A stretch of 32,209 nt of DNA, taken from contig JAPOOQ010000145.1 of NCBI GenBank assembly GCA_026713345.1, positions 1-32,209 on the forward strand. Reading direction: 5' to 3'. The notes beneath the pieces are model-generated. The model had not been told where the DNA came from. It did not search any database and saw nothing but the letters and a program-made list of their open reading frames with translations. A program made the position numbers and the translations under genes. This document shows positions 1 through 9,583 of this stretch, piece by piece; position 1 is the first letter of the stretch; every line of letters starts with the position of its first letter. The stretch comes from Gemmatimonadota bacterium (GTDB taxonomy: Bacteria; Gemmatimonadota; Gemmatimonadetes; Longimicrobiales; Gaopeijiaceae).

Positions 1-194
1 GCGGTGGAGCGGTCCGCGTAGCGCCGGAAGCGACTGGGCCACAGGTAGCGGTACAGGATCACCGATCCGCCCACGTAGGCGGTGGATACGGTAGCCACCA
101 TGTAGGTCCAGATCGCTCGGACGGCGCGTAGGGGGCCGGCCGGGCGTTGGGGGCCGGCCGGGCGCACTGCTGACGGTCCCGGAGCCACCTTCAC
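1..194 (-). CDS. hypothetical membrane protein, N-terminal fragment running off the window start
   Basis: Not in the ORF track because there is no stop inside the window. The minus-strand frame is open from 194 to 1. GTG at 192-194 overlaps the thiL TGA (191-193) as GTGA, the same coupling seen at ten other junctions; an alternative ATG is at 99-101. Translation is VKVAPGPSAVRPAGPQRPAGPLRAVRAIWTYMVATVSTAYVGGSVILYRYLW..., a basic N-terminus followed by one hydrophobic helix. Confidence 0.35.
   Translation of the reverse strand, partial: MKVAPGPSAVRPAGPQRPAGPLRAVRAIWTYMVATVSTAYVGGSVILYRYLWPSRFRRYADRST
131..164. repeat. perfect 16-nt direct repeat GGGGGCCGGCCGGGCG x2 (period 18 nt), each copy containing the palindrome GGCCGGCC
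   Basis: Read directly: copies at 131-146 and 149-164, separated by TT. The two GGCCGGCC cores could pair as an 8-bp stem with a 10-nt loop. If the partial CDS 1-194 is real, the repeat encodes RPAGPQ/RPAGPL. Confidence 0.9.
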
Positions 195-1144
195 CCCCGG
201 TTCCCGGAAGGGTCCGCGAAGTGATCGTAGCCGCCCCGGCCGGGCCGTACCTGACGGCCTTCGCTGTCTTCGAGGGCGACGTCCGCCCCTTGCCCGACCG
301 TTCCGATCCGCGTGAGCTGCACCGACAACTCCCGTTCAAGGGCCAGGACGCGCTCCTTCCCCTTCGGGTGAGCCGTAAACATCAGTTCATAATCTTCGCC
401 CCCTTCCAGTGCCCGATTCAAGTCCCCACCGGCCTCCGTGTCCACCGGTACGAGGTCGCGGCGGACGCGAATGGCCACGCTGGAGGCTTTGGCGAGCCGC
501 TTCGCGTCCAGAACGAGACCGTCGGAGATGTCGATCATCGCGCTGGCGAGTCCCTGCGCGGCCAGCGCCCGCCCCAGCCCGGTCCGGTCCGGCGGCGCGG
601 CGAACCGGACGCGCGCTGCCGGGGCGGGTTCCCTTCCCTGCGACCACGCGGCCACCGCCGCCGCCGCCCCCCCCACCACCCCCGACACCCAGAGATCGTC
701 GCCCGGCTGCGCCCCGCTGCGCCTGACCCCCCCATCCCGGACGCGGCCCACCACCACCACATCCAGCACCACCGCGCGCGGGGTGCGGCTCACATCCCCT
801 CCGGCGATCACCGCTCCCACCCGGTCGCCGGCGGCCCGCACGCCGCGCTGCAGGGCCTCGCCCAGCTCGGGGTCGCCCGCCGGGAGCGCCATCGACACGA
901 GGAGCGCCTCCGGGCTGGCTCCCATCGCCGCCATGTCGCTCAGCGCCGCCGCGCCGGCCCGGAACCCGGCCTCGGTGGGGGTCACCCAGTCGAAGCTGAA
1001 GTGAACGCCCTCGACCATCATGTCGGTCGAGACGGCGAGTCCGCCGCGCAGTACGGCCGCGTCGTCACCCGGGCCGAGGATCACCCCGCGGCTCCCCTTC
1101 CATCCGATGGCGGCAAGCCGCTCGACCAGCTCGGTCTCGTCCAC
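191..1144 (-). CDS. thiL: thiamine-monophosphate kinase
   Basis: AIR-synthase-like ThiL motifs are present: GDDAAVL, STDMMVEGVHF and IDISDGL. The track ORF 191..1324 is over-extended into nnr. I trimmed it to GTG at 1142-1144 (VDETELVERL...), 9 nt after the nnr stop at 1156-1158, which gives 317 aa. Confidence 0.85.
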   Translation of the reverse strand: MDETELVERLAAIGWKGSRGVILGPGDDAAVLRGGLAVSTDMMVEGVHFSFDWVTPTEAGFRAGAAALSDMAAMGASPEALLVSMALPAGDPELGEALQRGVRAAGDRVGAVIAGGDVSRTPRAVVLDVVVVGRVRDGGVRRSGAQPGDDLWVSGVVGGAAAAVAAWSQGREPAPAARVRFAAPPDRTGLGRALAAQGLASAMIDISDGLVLDAKRLAKASSVAIRVRRDLVPVDTEAGGDLNRALEGGEDYELMFTAHPKGKERVLALERELSVQLTRIGTVGQGADVALEDSEGRQVRPGRGGYDHFADPSGNRG

Positions 1145-1155
1145 CGGAGCCGCCG

Positions 1156-2709
1156 CTACCGCGGGCTCGCCTGGTCGAAGGTGACGAACGGAAACGGCAG
1201 GTCGGTACCGGGGGGCCCGGGGGCCGCGGCCCGCATCCCCTCCACCACGTCCGAGGGCGTAAGCGAGGCGCCCTGGCCGCTCTCCGCCACCGCCTGTCCG
1301 GTGACGTGCAGCGCCAGGCCGCAAGCCGCCATTGGGTCCACCCCCTGCGCGAGGAAGGAGCCGGCCGCGCCCGTGAGCACGTCTCCCATTCCGGCCACGG
1401 CCAGCGCGGAGGTGTGCTCGGTGGAGCTCACCAGGAGTCTGCCGTCCGGATCCGCCACCAGGGACGGGGCGCCCTTGAGGAGCGTGACCACGCCGTGGGC
1501 GGCGGCGAAGGCCCTCGCCGTGCCGACGCGGTCGGCCTGGATCTCCGCCACGGTGCGGCCGGTGAGCCGCGACATCTCCCCCGGGTGGGGCGTCACCGCC
1601 GCGCCGGTGCGTTCCAGGGCGGGGATGCCCCCGTGGACGCCCCGGGCGAGGAGGGTGAGGGCGTCGGCGTCGACCACGACGGGGCGCCCGTTGCGCGCCG
1701 CGAGGACCGCCTCGAGCTGGCGCGCGGCTTCGTCCCCGGTCCCGAGCCCGGGTCCCACCGCGACCGCGTCGCTCGCGCGGACGGCCTCGCGGAGGGCCTC
1801 CGGGTCGGCCGCGTTGACGAAGACGGCTTCGGGAACGTCCGCGATCGCGTCACCCGCGAGCCGCGACGAGCACACCCGCACCAGTCCCGCTCCGGCGCGG
1901 AACGCGGCCCTCGCCGCGAGCACCGCCGCGCCCGGCATGGCCGAGCCGGCCACCACGGCCAGGGTGCCCACCGCATTCTTGTGCGTGACGGGAGGCCGGC
2001 GCGGCAGCCGCTGGGCGGCCCAGCCGGCTGTCGCCAGCTCGGCCCAGTCATCCCCATCCTGCGCCCCGCCCGGAGGGAACCCGATCTCCACGGCCACGAT
2101 CCTGCCGCAACGGGCACGGCCCGGGTACAGCAGCGTCCCCAGCTTCGGCCAGCCGAACGCGATGGTGAGGGAGGCGCGGATCGAGGCCCCGGTCACCTCC
2201 CCGGTGGTCCCGTCCACGCCCGAGGGGGTGTCGAGCGCGACCAGAACGCCGCCAGCCCGGTTCGCGGCCTCGATCGCGGCAGCGTACCCGGCTCGCGGCG
2301 CGCCCCGGATCCCGGTGCCCAGTAGTCCGTCCACCACAACCCCGGCGCTCTCGAGCAGCCGCGTCAGTGTGTCTTCATCGCCCCCGGCGCTCTCGAATCC
2401 GACGGCCGGCAGGTCCCATCCATGCAGCACCGAATCCGGATCCGGCCGCTTCCCCAGGGTGACCGCGGTGACGGGACGCCCCCACGCGGCAAGTGCCCGC
2501 AGACAAACCAGCGCGTCTCCACCGTTGTTGCCCGAACCGACCAGCGCAACGACCGGTCCACGGCCAAAGAGGTGCTGGATGACGAGGGCCGCCTGACGCC
2601 CGGCGTTTTCCATCAGGGCGGGCTCCGGGACCCCGCGTTCGCGAATCGCGAAGCGGTCGAAGCTGGCGGCCTGGCCGGCGGTAGGGACCCGCACGCGGCC
2701 CGGCAACAT
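1156..2709 (-). CDS. nnr: bifunctional NAD(P)H-hydrate repair enzyme (N-terminal epimerase YjeF_N, C-terminal ADP-dependent dehydratase)
   Basis: The N-terminal half has ALVGSGNNGGDALV. The C-terminal half is carbohydrate-kinase-like, with HKNAVGTLAVVAGS, GPGLG and AGMGDVLTG. Start trimmed to ATG 2707-2709 (MLPGRVRV...), 2 nt after the stop of the upstream small gene. Confidence 0.9.
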   Translation of the reverse strand: MLPGRVRVPTAGQAASFDRFAIRERGVPEPALMENAGRQAALVIQHLFGRGPVVALVGSGNNGGDALVCLRALAAWGRPVTAVTLGKRPDPDSVLHGWDLPAVGFESAGGDEDTLTRLLESAGVVVDGLLGTGIRGAPRAGYAAAIEAANRAGGVLVALDTPSGVDGTTGEVTGASIRASLTIAFGWPKLGTLLYPGRARCGRIVAVEIGFPPGGAQDGDDWAELATAGWAAQRLPRRPPVTHKNAVGTLAVVAGSAMPGAAVLAARAAFRAGAGLVRVCSSRLAGDAIADVPEAVFVNAADPEALREAVRASDAVAVGPGLGTGDEAARQLEAVLAARNGRPVVVDADALTLLARGVHGGIPALERTGAAVTPHPGEMSRLTGRTVAEIQADRVGTARAFAAAHGVVTLLKGAPSLVADPDGRLLVSSTEHTSALAVAGMGDVLTGAAGSFLAQGVDPMAACGLALHVTGQAVAESGQGASLTPSDVVEGMRAAAPGPPGTDLPFPFVTFDQASPR

Positions 2710-2711
2710 CC

Positions 2712-2915
2712 CTACTTGTAGCTCTGCCCGATCGACCGGCCGAAGGTAATTTCGCCGTTGTCTATGCGGATGTTGAAACCACAGTCCGGGTTCGAGCAGA
2801 CCCACGCCTTGAAACGGATCGGCGCTCCGTCCCTGCCGTAGTCCGACATCGGCAGGAGAAGTCCCTGGTCACACTTCTTGCAATCGGCAAAGCCGGTCTC
2901 CGTCAACGTATTCAT
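2712..2915 (-). CDS. small zinc-ribbon-like hypothetical protein (67 aa)
   Basis: The sequence is MNTLTETGFADCKKCDQGLL...KAWVCSNPDCGFNIRIDNGEITFGRSIGQSYK, with cysteine pairs CxxC and CxxxxC about 25 residues apart. ATG is at 2913-2915 with GAGGGG just upstream, and third positions are GC-rich. I do not recognise a family. Confidence 0.55.
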   Translation of the reverse strand: MNTLTETGFADCKKCDQGLLLPMSDYGRDGAPIRFKAWVCSNPDCGFNIRIDNGEITFGRSIGQSYK

Positions 2916-3000
2916 CAGCCCCTCATCGTTGCTTGGCCGAGGGCCCCCATGGCCCCCGCGTCTTCCGGTCATAGCGACCGCCGTGGTCCCCAGTGCGCAG

Positions 3001-3016
3001 GAATCGCACACGATTC
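3001..3016. promoter_or_regulatory. 16-bp inverted repeat GAATCG-CACA-CGATTC in the 194-nt gap upstream of the zinc-ribbon/nnr/thiL unit
   Basis: Read directly. It lies 86 nt upstream of the 2915 start and 94 nt downstream of the 3110 stop. It could be an operator or a small hairpin; no U-tract follows it. Confidence 0.3.
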
Positions 3017-3109
3017 TCCGCGGAAACTACAACGCAAGCCGACGAACTGCCAGCGACGGCCGTTCGCGCCCGACAGCGCGGACCCCCCGACAACAGGAAT
3101 CCGGCGCCT

Positions 3110-3490
3110 CTACGCTTGCGCCACACTCCAGGGATAGTCGTGATCGAACACGTCCTCGAAGTCGAAGAGATCCTCGAAGTCCTCCCGCCGATCCTCCTCC
3201 TGCTTGACCAGGACACCGATCTCGACGAGAGCGAAGACGATCTCGCCCACGTCGTCGGTCGAATGGATGCCCCAGTATTCCAGCACGGTGCGAGCCAGCG
3301 GGCCGAAGCGCGCCATCGCCAATGTGCGGGCGCCTTCGACCAGCTCCTGCCCCGAGATGTGGCGCCGTTCCTCCTGCATCGCGATCACCTGGTGGAGTGC
3401 ATCGAGGAGGAAGCCGTAGGCGCAGCGGTGGAAGCGGGGATGCCGCTCCTGCAGCCGGGTCAGCACGTCGACGGGTTCGCAAGCGTTCAT
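3110..3490 (-). CDS. conserved hypothetical protein with acidic C-terminal tail (resembles, from memory, the Minf_1886/TIGR04138 family)
   Basis: ATG at 3488-3490, 126 aa. The segment HISGQELVEGARTLAMARFGPLARTVLEYWGIHSTDDVGEIVFALVEIGVLVKQEEDRREDFEDLFDFEDVF matches my recollection of that family (GP.A..VL..WGI..T.DFGEIVF.LV; D.REDF...DF). Function is unknown. The gene is monocistronic-looking, with gaps on both sides. Confidence 0.6.
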   Translation of the reverse strand: MNACEPVDVLTRLQERHPRFHRCAYGFLLDALHQVIAMQEERRHISGQELVEGARTLAMARFGPLARTVLEYWGIHSTDDVGEIVFALVEIGVLVKQEEDRREDFEDLFDFEDVFDHDYPWSVAQA

Positions 3491-3572
3491 GCACCAAAGT
3501 TACATCCCCGGGGCGGAGCCGCCAAACGGGGGTGCGGGCGGCCGCCGAAGCGGAAGTGGCACGCGGGCGCGG

Positions 3573-4835
3573 TCAGGCGTAGAGCGGGTAACCGGCGCAC
3601 AGTTCCGTGACCTGACCCCGGATTCCGTCGATCCGTGCGGTGTCTCCGGGGCGCTCGAGGATGTCGGCGATCCACCCGCCGATCCGTTTCATCTCGTCAG
3701 TGCCCATGCCCCGCGTGGTCAGCGCCGGGGTGCCGATCCGCAACCCCGAGGTGACGAAGGGCGACCGGGTCTCGCCGGGGACGGTGTTCTTGTTGACGGT
3801 GATCCCGGCGCGCTCCAGCGCCTGCTCCGCGTCCTTGCCCGTGAGGTCCCTGTCCCTGAGGTCGACAAGGAGCAGGTGCGTGTCCGTTCCGCCCGACACG
3901 AGACGGACACCCCGCGCCATCAGCGCCCGGGCCAGCGCGCGCGCGTTGTCGACGACGCTGGCGCCGTAGTCCCGGAATGCGGGCGTCAGGGCCTCGCCCA
4001 GCGCCACGGCCTTGGACGCGACCACATGCATCAGGGGACCCCCCTGGATGAAAGGGAAGACCATCTTGTCGATGATCCGGGCGTGTTCCGCGCGGCACAG
4101 GATCAACCCCCCGCGCGGACCCCGCAGCGTCTTGTGCGTGGTGGTGGTGACGACGTCCGCGTGCGGGACCGGGCTGGGATGGTGGCCGCCCGCCACCAGC
4201 CCCGCGATGTGGGCGAGGTCGACCACGTGGACGGCGCCCACCTCCGCCGCGATCTCGCCGAACGCCCCGAAGTCGAGGGTACGGGGGTACGCCGACGCCC
4301 CGGTCATGATGAGCTTCGGACGGCAGCGCCGGGCCACCTCGCGCACCTGGTCGTAGTCGATTCTCCCGTCCTCCTCCCGCACCCCGTAGGCATGCACCTT
4401 GAAGAGGCGCCCGCTGAAGTTGACCGGGGAGCCGTGGGTCAGGTGGCCGCCGTGGTTGAGGTTCATCCCCAGAATCGTGTCGCCCGGCTCGATGAAGGCG
4501 AAGTAGGCGGCCATGTTCGCCTGGGCTCCGGAATGGGGCTGCACGTTGGCGTGGTCGGCGCCGAAGAGACGGGTCGCGCGTGAACGCGCCAGCTCCTCTA
4601 CCTCGTCGGCGAATTCGCAGCCGCCGTAGTAACGCCGTCCGGGCAGACCCTCCGCGTACTTGTGGGTGAATACGGTCCCCAGCGCCTCCCTGACCGCGGG
4701 CGATACGAAGTTCTCGCTCGCGATCATCTCCAGCTGCCCCAGCTGCCGGGCGGTCTCGTCCTGAACCGCGCGGAAGACCCGCTCGTCGGCTCTCTCAAGG
4801 TGTTCCAATGGCTGCCTCCCGGGCTCCCAGGGCAC
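3573..4835 (-). CDS. glyA: serine hydroxymethyltransferase
   Basis: Full-length SHMT, with MIASENF, the PLP-lysine motif [13 protein letters not shown] and [11 protein letters not shown]. The track start is GTG at 4833-4835, which overlaps the acd stop by 41 nt. TTG at 4806-4808 (LEHLERADE...) is an alternative start. Confidence 0.95.
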   Translation of the reverse strand: MPWEPGRQPLEHLERADERVFRAVQDETARQLGQLEMIASENFVSPAVREALGTVFTHKYAEGLPGRRYYGGCEFADEVEELARSRATRLFGADHANVQPHSGAQANMAAYFAFIEPGDTILGMNLNHGGHLTHGSPVNFSGRLFKVHAYGVREEDGRIDYDQVREVARRCRPKLIMTGASAYPRTLDFGAFGEIAAEVGAVHVVDLAHIAGLVAGGHHPSPVPHADVVTTTTHKTLRGPRGGLILCRAEHARIIDKMVFPFIQGGPLMHVVASKAVALGEALTPAFRDYGASVVDNARALARALMARGVRLVSGGTDTHLLLVDLRDRDLTGKDAEQALERAGITVNKNTVPGETRSPFVTSGLRIGTPALTTRGMGTDEMKRIGGWIADILERPGDTARIDGIRGQVTELCAGYPLYA

Positions 4836-5976
4836 GGCCGATGACCAGTCTCAGAATCTCGCTAGTCCCCTCGTAGATCTCGGTGCCCTTGGCGTCGCGC
4901 ATGAGCTTCTCTACCGGATACTCGCGCATGAAACCGTAACCTCCGAAGATGCGCACCGCCTCTTCGGCGGCCCACGTCGCGGTCTCGCTCGCGATGAGCT
5001 TCGCCATGGCGGAGCGGGCGGTCACCGGGAGCTCGTCGCCGACGCCGGGCGCGTTACGGGCCTCCCAGCCCCGGGCACCCTCCATGACCAGCGCCCTGGC
5101 TGCGGCCACTCTCGCCCCCATCGTGGCGAGTTTGCTCCGCACCCCGCCGAACGACGCGATGGGACGACCGAACTGCCGCCTCTGGTGAGCGTAGCGGACG
5201 GCGTGCCGCAGCGCGGCCTCGGCGATCCCGACCGCCTGGGCCCCGATGCCGAGGCGTCCCAGGTCGAGCGCCTCCAGCGCGTAGCTCAGGCCGCGGTGTC
5301 GGTTGCCAACCAGCCGGTCGCCATCGATGCGCACCCCCTTCAGGTCCACGCTGACCGTTTCGGAGGCGCGCAGGCCCATCGTCTTCTCGCGTCTGCCCGC
5401 CCGGTACCCTGGCGACTCGGTGTCCACCATGAACGCGCCGGTGGCCGACTTCCCCCGGTCGCCTTCGCCGGTCCGTGCAAAGACGAGCATCAGGTCGGCG
5501 GAGGCGCCGTTCGTGACCCAGCGCTTGGCCCCGTTGAGGATCCATCCGTCCGCTTCTGCGGTGGCGGTGGTGGTCATCGCCGACGGATCGCTCCCGGCCT
5601 GCGCTTCCGACAGGGCGAAGCCCGCGATCTTCGCTCCCGATGCGAGGTCGGGGAGCCAGCGGGCCTTCTGCGCTTCGGTTCCGTGGGCAAGAAGGATGGC
5701 GGGCACGGGTCCGTTCTGGATCGCCACCGTCAGGGCCAGGGCCGCGTCGCCCCGCGCCAGCTCCTCCAGCGCGACCAGATAGGTGGGCAGATCGAGACCC
5801 AGGCCGCCGTACCGCTCCGGCACGAGCATCCCCAGGAACCCCAGTTCGCCCAGGCGCGCGAGCACGTCGCGGTCGAAGGCGCCAGCCTGGTCCCAGGCCG
5901 CGGCGTGCGGCACGATTTCGCTGTCGGCGAAGTCGCGCGCCAGCTCCCGGATCGCCTGCTGTTCGGCGGTCAGCAC
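4795..5976 (-). CDS. acyl-CoA dehydrogenase (short-chain/butyryl-CoA dehydrogenase-like)
   Basis: ACAD fold motifs are present: [17 protein letters not shown], and [15 protein letters not shown] containing the catalytic Glu. GTG start at 5974-5976, 3 nt after the hbd stop. Confidence 0.9.
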   Translation of the reverse strand: MLTAEQQAIRELARDFADSEIVPHAAAWDQAGAFDRDVLARLGELGFLGMLVPERYGGLGLDLPTYLVALEELARGDAALALTVAIQNGPVPAILLAHGTEAQKARWLPDLASGAKIAGFALSEAQAGSDPSAMTTTATAEADGWILNGAKRWVTNGASADLMLVFARTGEGDRGKSATGAFMVDTESPGYRAGRREKTMGLRASETVSVDLKGVRIDGDRLVGNRHRGLSYALEALDLGRLGIGAQAVGIAEAALRHAVRYAHQRRQFGRPIASFGGVRSKLATMGARVAAARALVMEGARGWEARNAPGVGDELPVTARSAMAKLIASETATWAAEEAVRIFGGYGFMREYPVEKLMRDAKGTEIYEGTSEILRLVIGRALGAREAAIGTP

Positions 5977-5979
5977 GGA

Positions 5980-6836
<857 letters not shown>

Positions 6837-6840
<4 letters not shown>

Positions 6841-7718
6841 GGTGCTTCCCCGAGGGTGTCCGCCCGGTCCCGGCGCGCGCTGCGCACCACGTAGACGATC
6901 GCCAGCGCAATCGCCACGGTGGAGGCCAGGCCGCCCTCTGCCCCGAACGCTCCCCCGGTGATGAAATCGCGGCCGGTTTCCGTAACCTCAATAAGGGGGG
7001 CGTCGACGAGAGTCATTCCGCTGACCGGCAGATCGGCGAGGAACCCGGTGGCGAGATTCCAGCCCAGGTGCACGCCGGTGGCGGCCCAGAGACTGCCCGT
7101 GACGATGCGGACGACCCCGAGCAGGAGCCCGGCCAGCGCGATGTTGAGCAGGGCCAGGGGGGTCACCTCGGGGTTGGCTCCGTGCAGGACGGAAAACGCC
7201 ACGGTGGTCAGCAACAGGGCCACCGCATTCCCCCAGCGTTCGGCGAGGACCGCCAGAGGGTACCCGCGGCAGAGGATCTCTTCGGCGGCCGCGGGAAAGA
7301 GCAGGACGAGCACAGTCCAGGCGCCCGTCCCCAGATACTCGATGGCCGTGCCCCCGTCCGGCCCATACCTGAGGCCGCCGGCCAGAGACAGTGCGACGAC
7401 CGGGACCACGATGAGGACGCCGAACGCGAATCCGCGAGAGAGGTGCGCCGGGGCTCCTGCGCGGTGCAGGCCTACATCCGCCAGGGGGCGGCGGCCGTCC
7501 AGCCTTAGCAACACGAGAGTCGCCGCGAGCGCCGCCAGACACATCGCGACCCCGTAGACAAGCAGGCTCTCGCTCGAGCCGGCGCCGAGGCTGAAACCAA
7601 CGAAAAGGGCGATGAACAGTACCGTGAAGCCCCCCAGCCGCAGCAGGGCCGCCAGGATCTCGCGGAGTGTGCCCGAGGACCTGCGCGGCGGGGACGGAGC
7701 GGAAGGAGTGGCGGTCAA
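6837..7718 (-). CDS. CPBP family intramembrane glutamic endopeptidase (CAAX protease-like)
   Basis: Multi-pass hydrophobic protein with the CPBP motifs EEILCRGY, FSVLH and HLGWN. The track ORF (to 8396) is over-extended across bioY. There is no in-frame ATG before the first TM helix. TTG at 7716-7718 overlaps the bioY TGA (7715-7717) as TTGA, and I use it as the start. Confidence 0.75.
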
Positions 7719-8308
7719 GCCTTCGTTTCCCGCTTGCGCACCATTCGAGACAGAACCAGCCGCGCCGCAACCACTCCGATCGCCACCTTGGCGACTGCGC
7801 CCGGGAGGAACGGCTGTACCGAGGCGGCGAAGAGCGCGCCGGCGCCCAGGTCCGTCACCGCCGACAGCCAGGCGGCGCCCAGCGCGAAGATGACCACGGT
7901 GCCCGCCACGAATCCGGCAGTGGTCCGCAGCACCTTCCCATCGCGTCCCGCGATCCATCCGGTCAGCGCCGCGGCCATCGGGAACGCCATGAGGTAGCCA
8001 CCGGTGGGCCCGAAGATCCACGGCAACCCGGCGCCGCCCATTGCGAAGACGGGTGCGCCCGCCACTCCCAGAGCCAGGTACAGCAGTTGCGAGGACGCAC
8101 CCGCCACCGGCCCGAGCAGCACCCCGGCGAGAAGCACGAAAAGCGTCTGGAGGGTCATCGGCACCGGCGTCACGCCAAGCGGCACCGCGACCTGGCCGGC
8201 CACGGCGGTGAGCAGGGCAAAGACCACTACCGCCACCGGCAGAGCCACGCGTCTGTTGATTGAAATCGCCGGAACGGCGAGCCAGGTCTTCGCTTCGGAT
8301 CGAATCAT
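7715..8308 (-). CDS. bioY: biotin transporter S-component BioY
   Basis: 197 aa and strongly hydrophobic. BioY-like stretches include VPMTLQTLFVLLAG.LLGP and FGPTGGYLMAFP. ATG at 8306-8308, 14 nt after the thiolase stop. The track ORF to 9262 is an out-of-frame extension over the thiolase gene. No ecfA/ecfT genes are adjacent. Confidence 0.85.
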   Translation of the reverse strand: MIRSEAKTWLAVPAISINRRVALPVAVVVFALLTAVAGQVAVPLGVTPVPMTLQTLFVLLAGVLLGPVAGASSQLLYLALGVAGAPVFAMGGAGLPWIFGPTGGYLMAFPMAAALTGWIAGRDGKVLRTTAGFVAGTVVIFALGAAWLSAVTDLGAGALFAASVQPFLPGAVAKVAIGVVAARLVLSRMVRKRETKA

Positions 8309-8322
8309 TGTCGTGGGCCTTT

Positions 8323-9558
8323 TCAGTTCTTTCGCACGGCAAGGGCAACGGCATTTCCGCCGCCCAGGCAAAGGGTCGCCATTCCGGACCCCGCACCGCG
8401 GTCGTCCATGGCGGCCAGGAGCGTCACCAGAATCCGCGCCCCGGAGGCGCCGATCGGGTGTCCCAGCGCCACCGCGCCACCATTCACGTTCACGCGCGCG
8501 GGATCCATATTGAGCGCCCGCATGTCCGCGACGGCCTGGACCGCGAACGCCTCGTTCATCTCCACCAGGTCGTAGTCCCCCACGGCGGTCCCTTCCCGCG
8601 CCATCAGCCTGTGTACGGCGACCACCGGCGCGAAGAAGAGGTCCTGCGGCTCGGTCCCGCCGGTGGCGTACCCGGTGATCACGGCCCGGTACGGCAGACC
8701 GTGCGCCTCCGCGTACTCGAGGCTCGCCACCAGCATCACCGAGGCGCCGTCGTTCAGCCCGGGCGCGTTGCCGGCGGTCACGACCAGCTCGTTCAGCCCT
8801 TCCGGCGCGTCGCGCGCAAAGGCGGGCCGCAGGCGTCCGAGCGCCTCCAGCGAGGTCTCCCGCCGCGGGCCTTCGTCGGTGTCGACCACGACCGTGCCCC
8901 GGCGCGCCGGGGTGGTCACGGGGACGATCTCCGAGGCGAAGCGGCCGTGGTCGATCGCGGCCACCGCCTTGTGGTGCGACGCGAGTGCGAAGGCGTCGGC
9001 CTCGGCGCGGGTCACACCCGCCTTCGCGGCCGTGTACTCGGCGTGGCCGCCCATGTGACACATCCCGAAGGAGCACCACAGCCCGTCGTGGACCAGCCCG
9101 TCCTGGATGGTGCGGTCCCCGAACTTCACCCCCCCGCGCAGGCCGCGTACGTAATACGGAACGTTCGACATGGACTCGAAGCCGCCGGCCACCACGAGCC
9201 TGGCGTCTCGGGCCCGGATCGCCTGGGCGGCGAGCATCACGGCCTTGAGGCCGGATCCGCACACCTTGTTCACGGTGACTGCGGGAACGCTCGCGGGCAC
9301 CCCTCCGTTCACGGCGGCCTGGCGTGCGGGCGCCTGTCCCGCCCCGGCGCTCACGACGTTCCCCATGATGACTTCGTCGATTTCGGCGGCGTCGACGCCC
9401 GAGCGCGCGACCGCCTCGCGCACGGCCACGGCGCCCAGCTCCGGGCCGGAGAGCGGGCTCAGGCCGCCGAGAAAGCGTCCGATCGGGGTCCGTGCCCCGT
9501 CCAGAATCACAGGTGTGGTGGCAGCATCCGCCAAGGAAAACTCCCGGTGTGGTGGCAA
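8323..9558 (-). CDS. acetyl-CoA C-acetyltransferase (thiolase II)
   Basis: Thiolase signatures: VNKVCGSGLKA (active-site Cys), NEAFA, GGAVALGHPIGASGARI and CLGGGNAVA. The track start is TTG at 9556-9558. A second TTG at 9532-9534 is preceded by GGGAG with a 6-nt spacer and may be the real start. Confidence 0.9.
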   Translation of the reverse strand: MPPHREFSLADAATTPVILDGARTPIGRFLGGLSPLSGPELGAVAVREAVARSGVDAAEIDEVIMGNVVSAGAGQAPARQAAVNGGVPASVPAVTVNKVCGSGLKAVMLAAQAIRARDARLVVAGGFESMSNVPYYVRGLRGGVKFGDRTIQDGLVHDGLWCSFGMCHMGGHAEYTAAKAGVTRAEADAFALASHHKAVAAIDHGRFASEIVPVTTPARRGTVVVDTDEGPRRETSLEALGRLRPAFARDAPEGLNELVVTAGNAPGLNDGASVMLVASLEYAEAHGLPYRAVITGYATGGTEPQDLFFAPVVAVHRLMAREGTAVGDYDLVEMNEAFAVQAVADMRALNMDPARVNVNGGAVALGHPIGASGARILVTLLAAMDDRGAGSGMATLCLGGGNAVALAVRKN

Positions 9559-9583
9559 GGTGCCGACAGTTCGGCGAACAACA

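Noticed and set aside
667-674. C8 homopolymer (G8 on the coding strand) inside thiL as a possible phase-variation tract.
   Set aside because: It encodes an in-frame Gly/Ala-rich loop (GVVGGAAAA) in a housekeeping gene. Such runs are common in high-GC genomes, and no frameshift is evident.
221-2596. Very long plus-strand ORFs, all antisense to well-supported minus-strand genes: 221-2596 (791 aa), 8260-9858 (532 aa), 15788-18010 (740 aa), 19239-21353 (704 aa) and 20245-22698 (817 aa).
   Set aside because: Their translations are R/P/A/G/S-rich low-complexity strings with no recognisable motifs. Stop codons are rare in every frame at about 70% GC. The opposite strand encodes full-length ThiL/Nnr, thiolase, RecJ, DnaG and MutS2. 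These are shadow-ORF artefacts.
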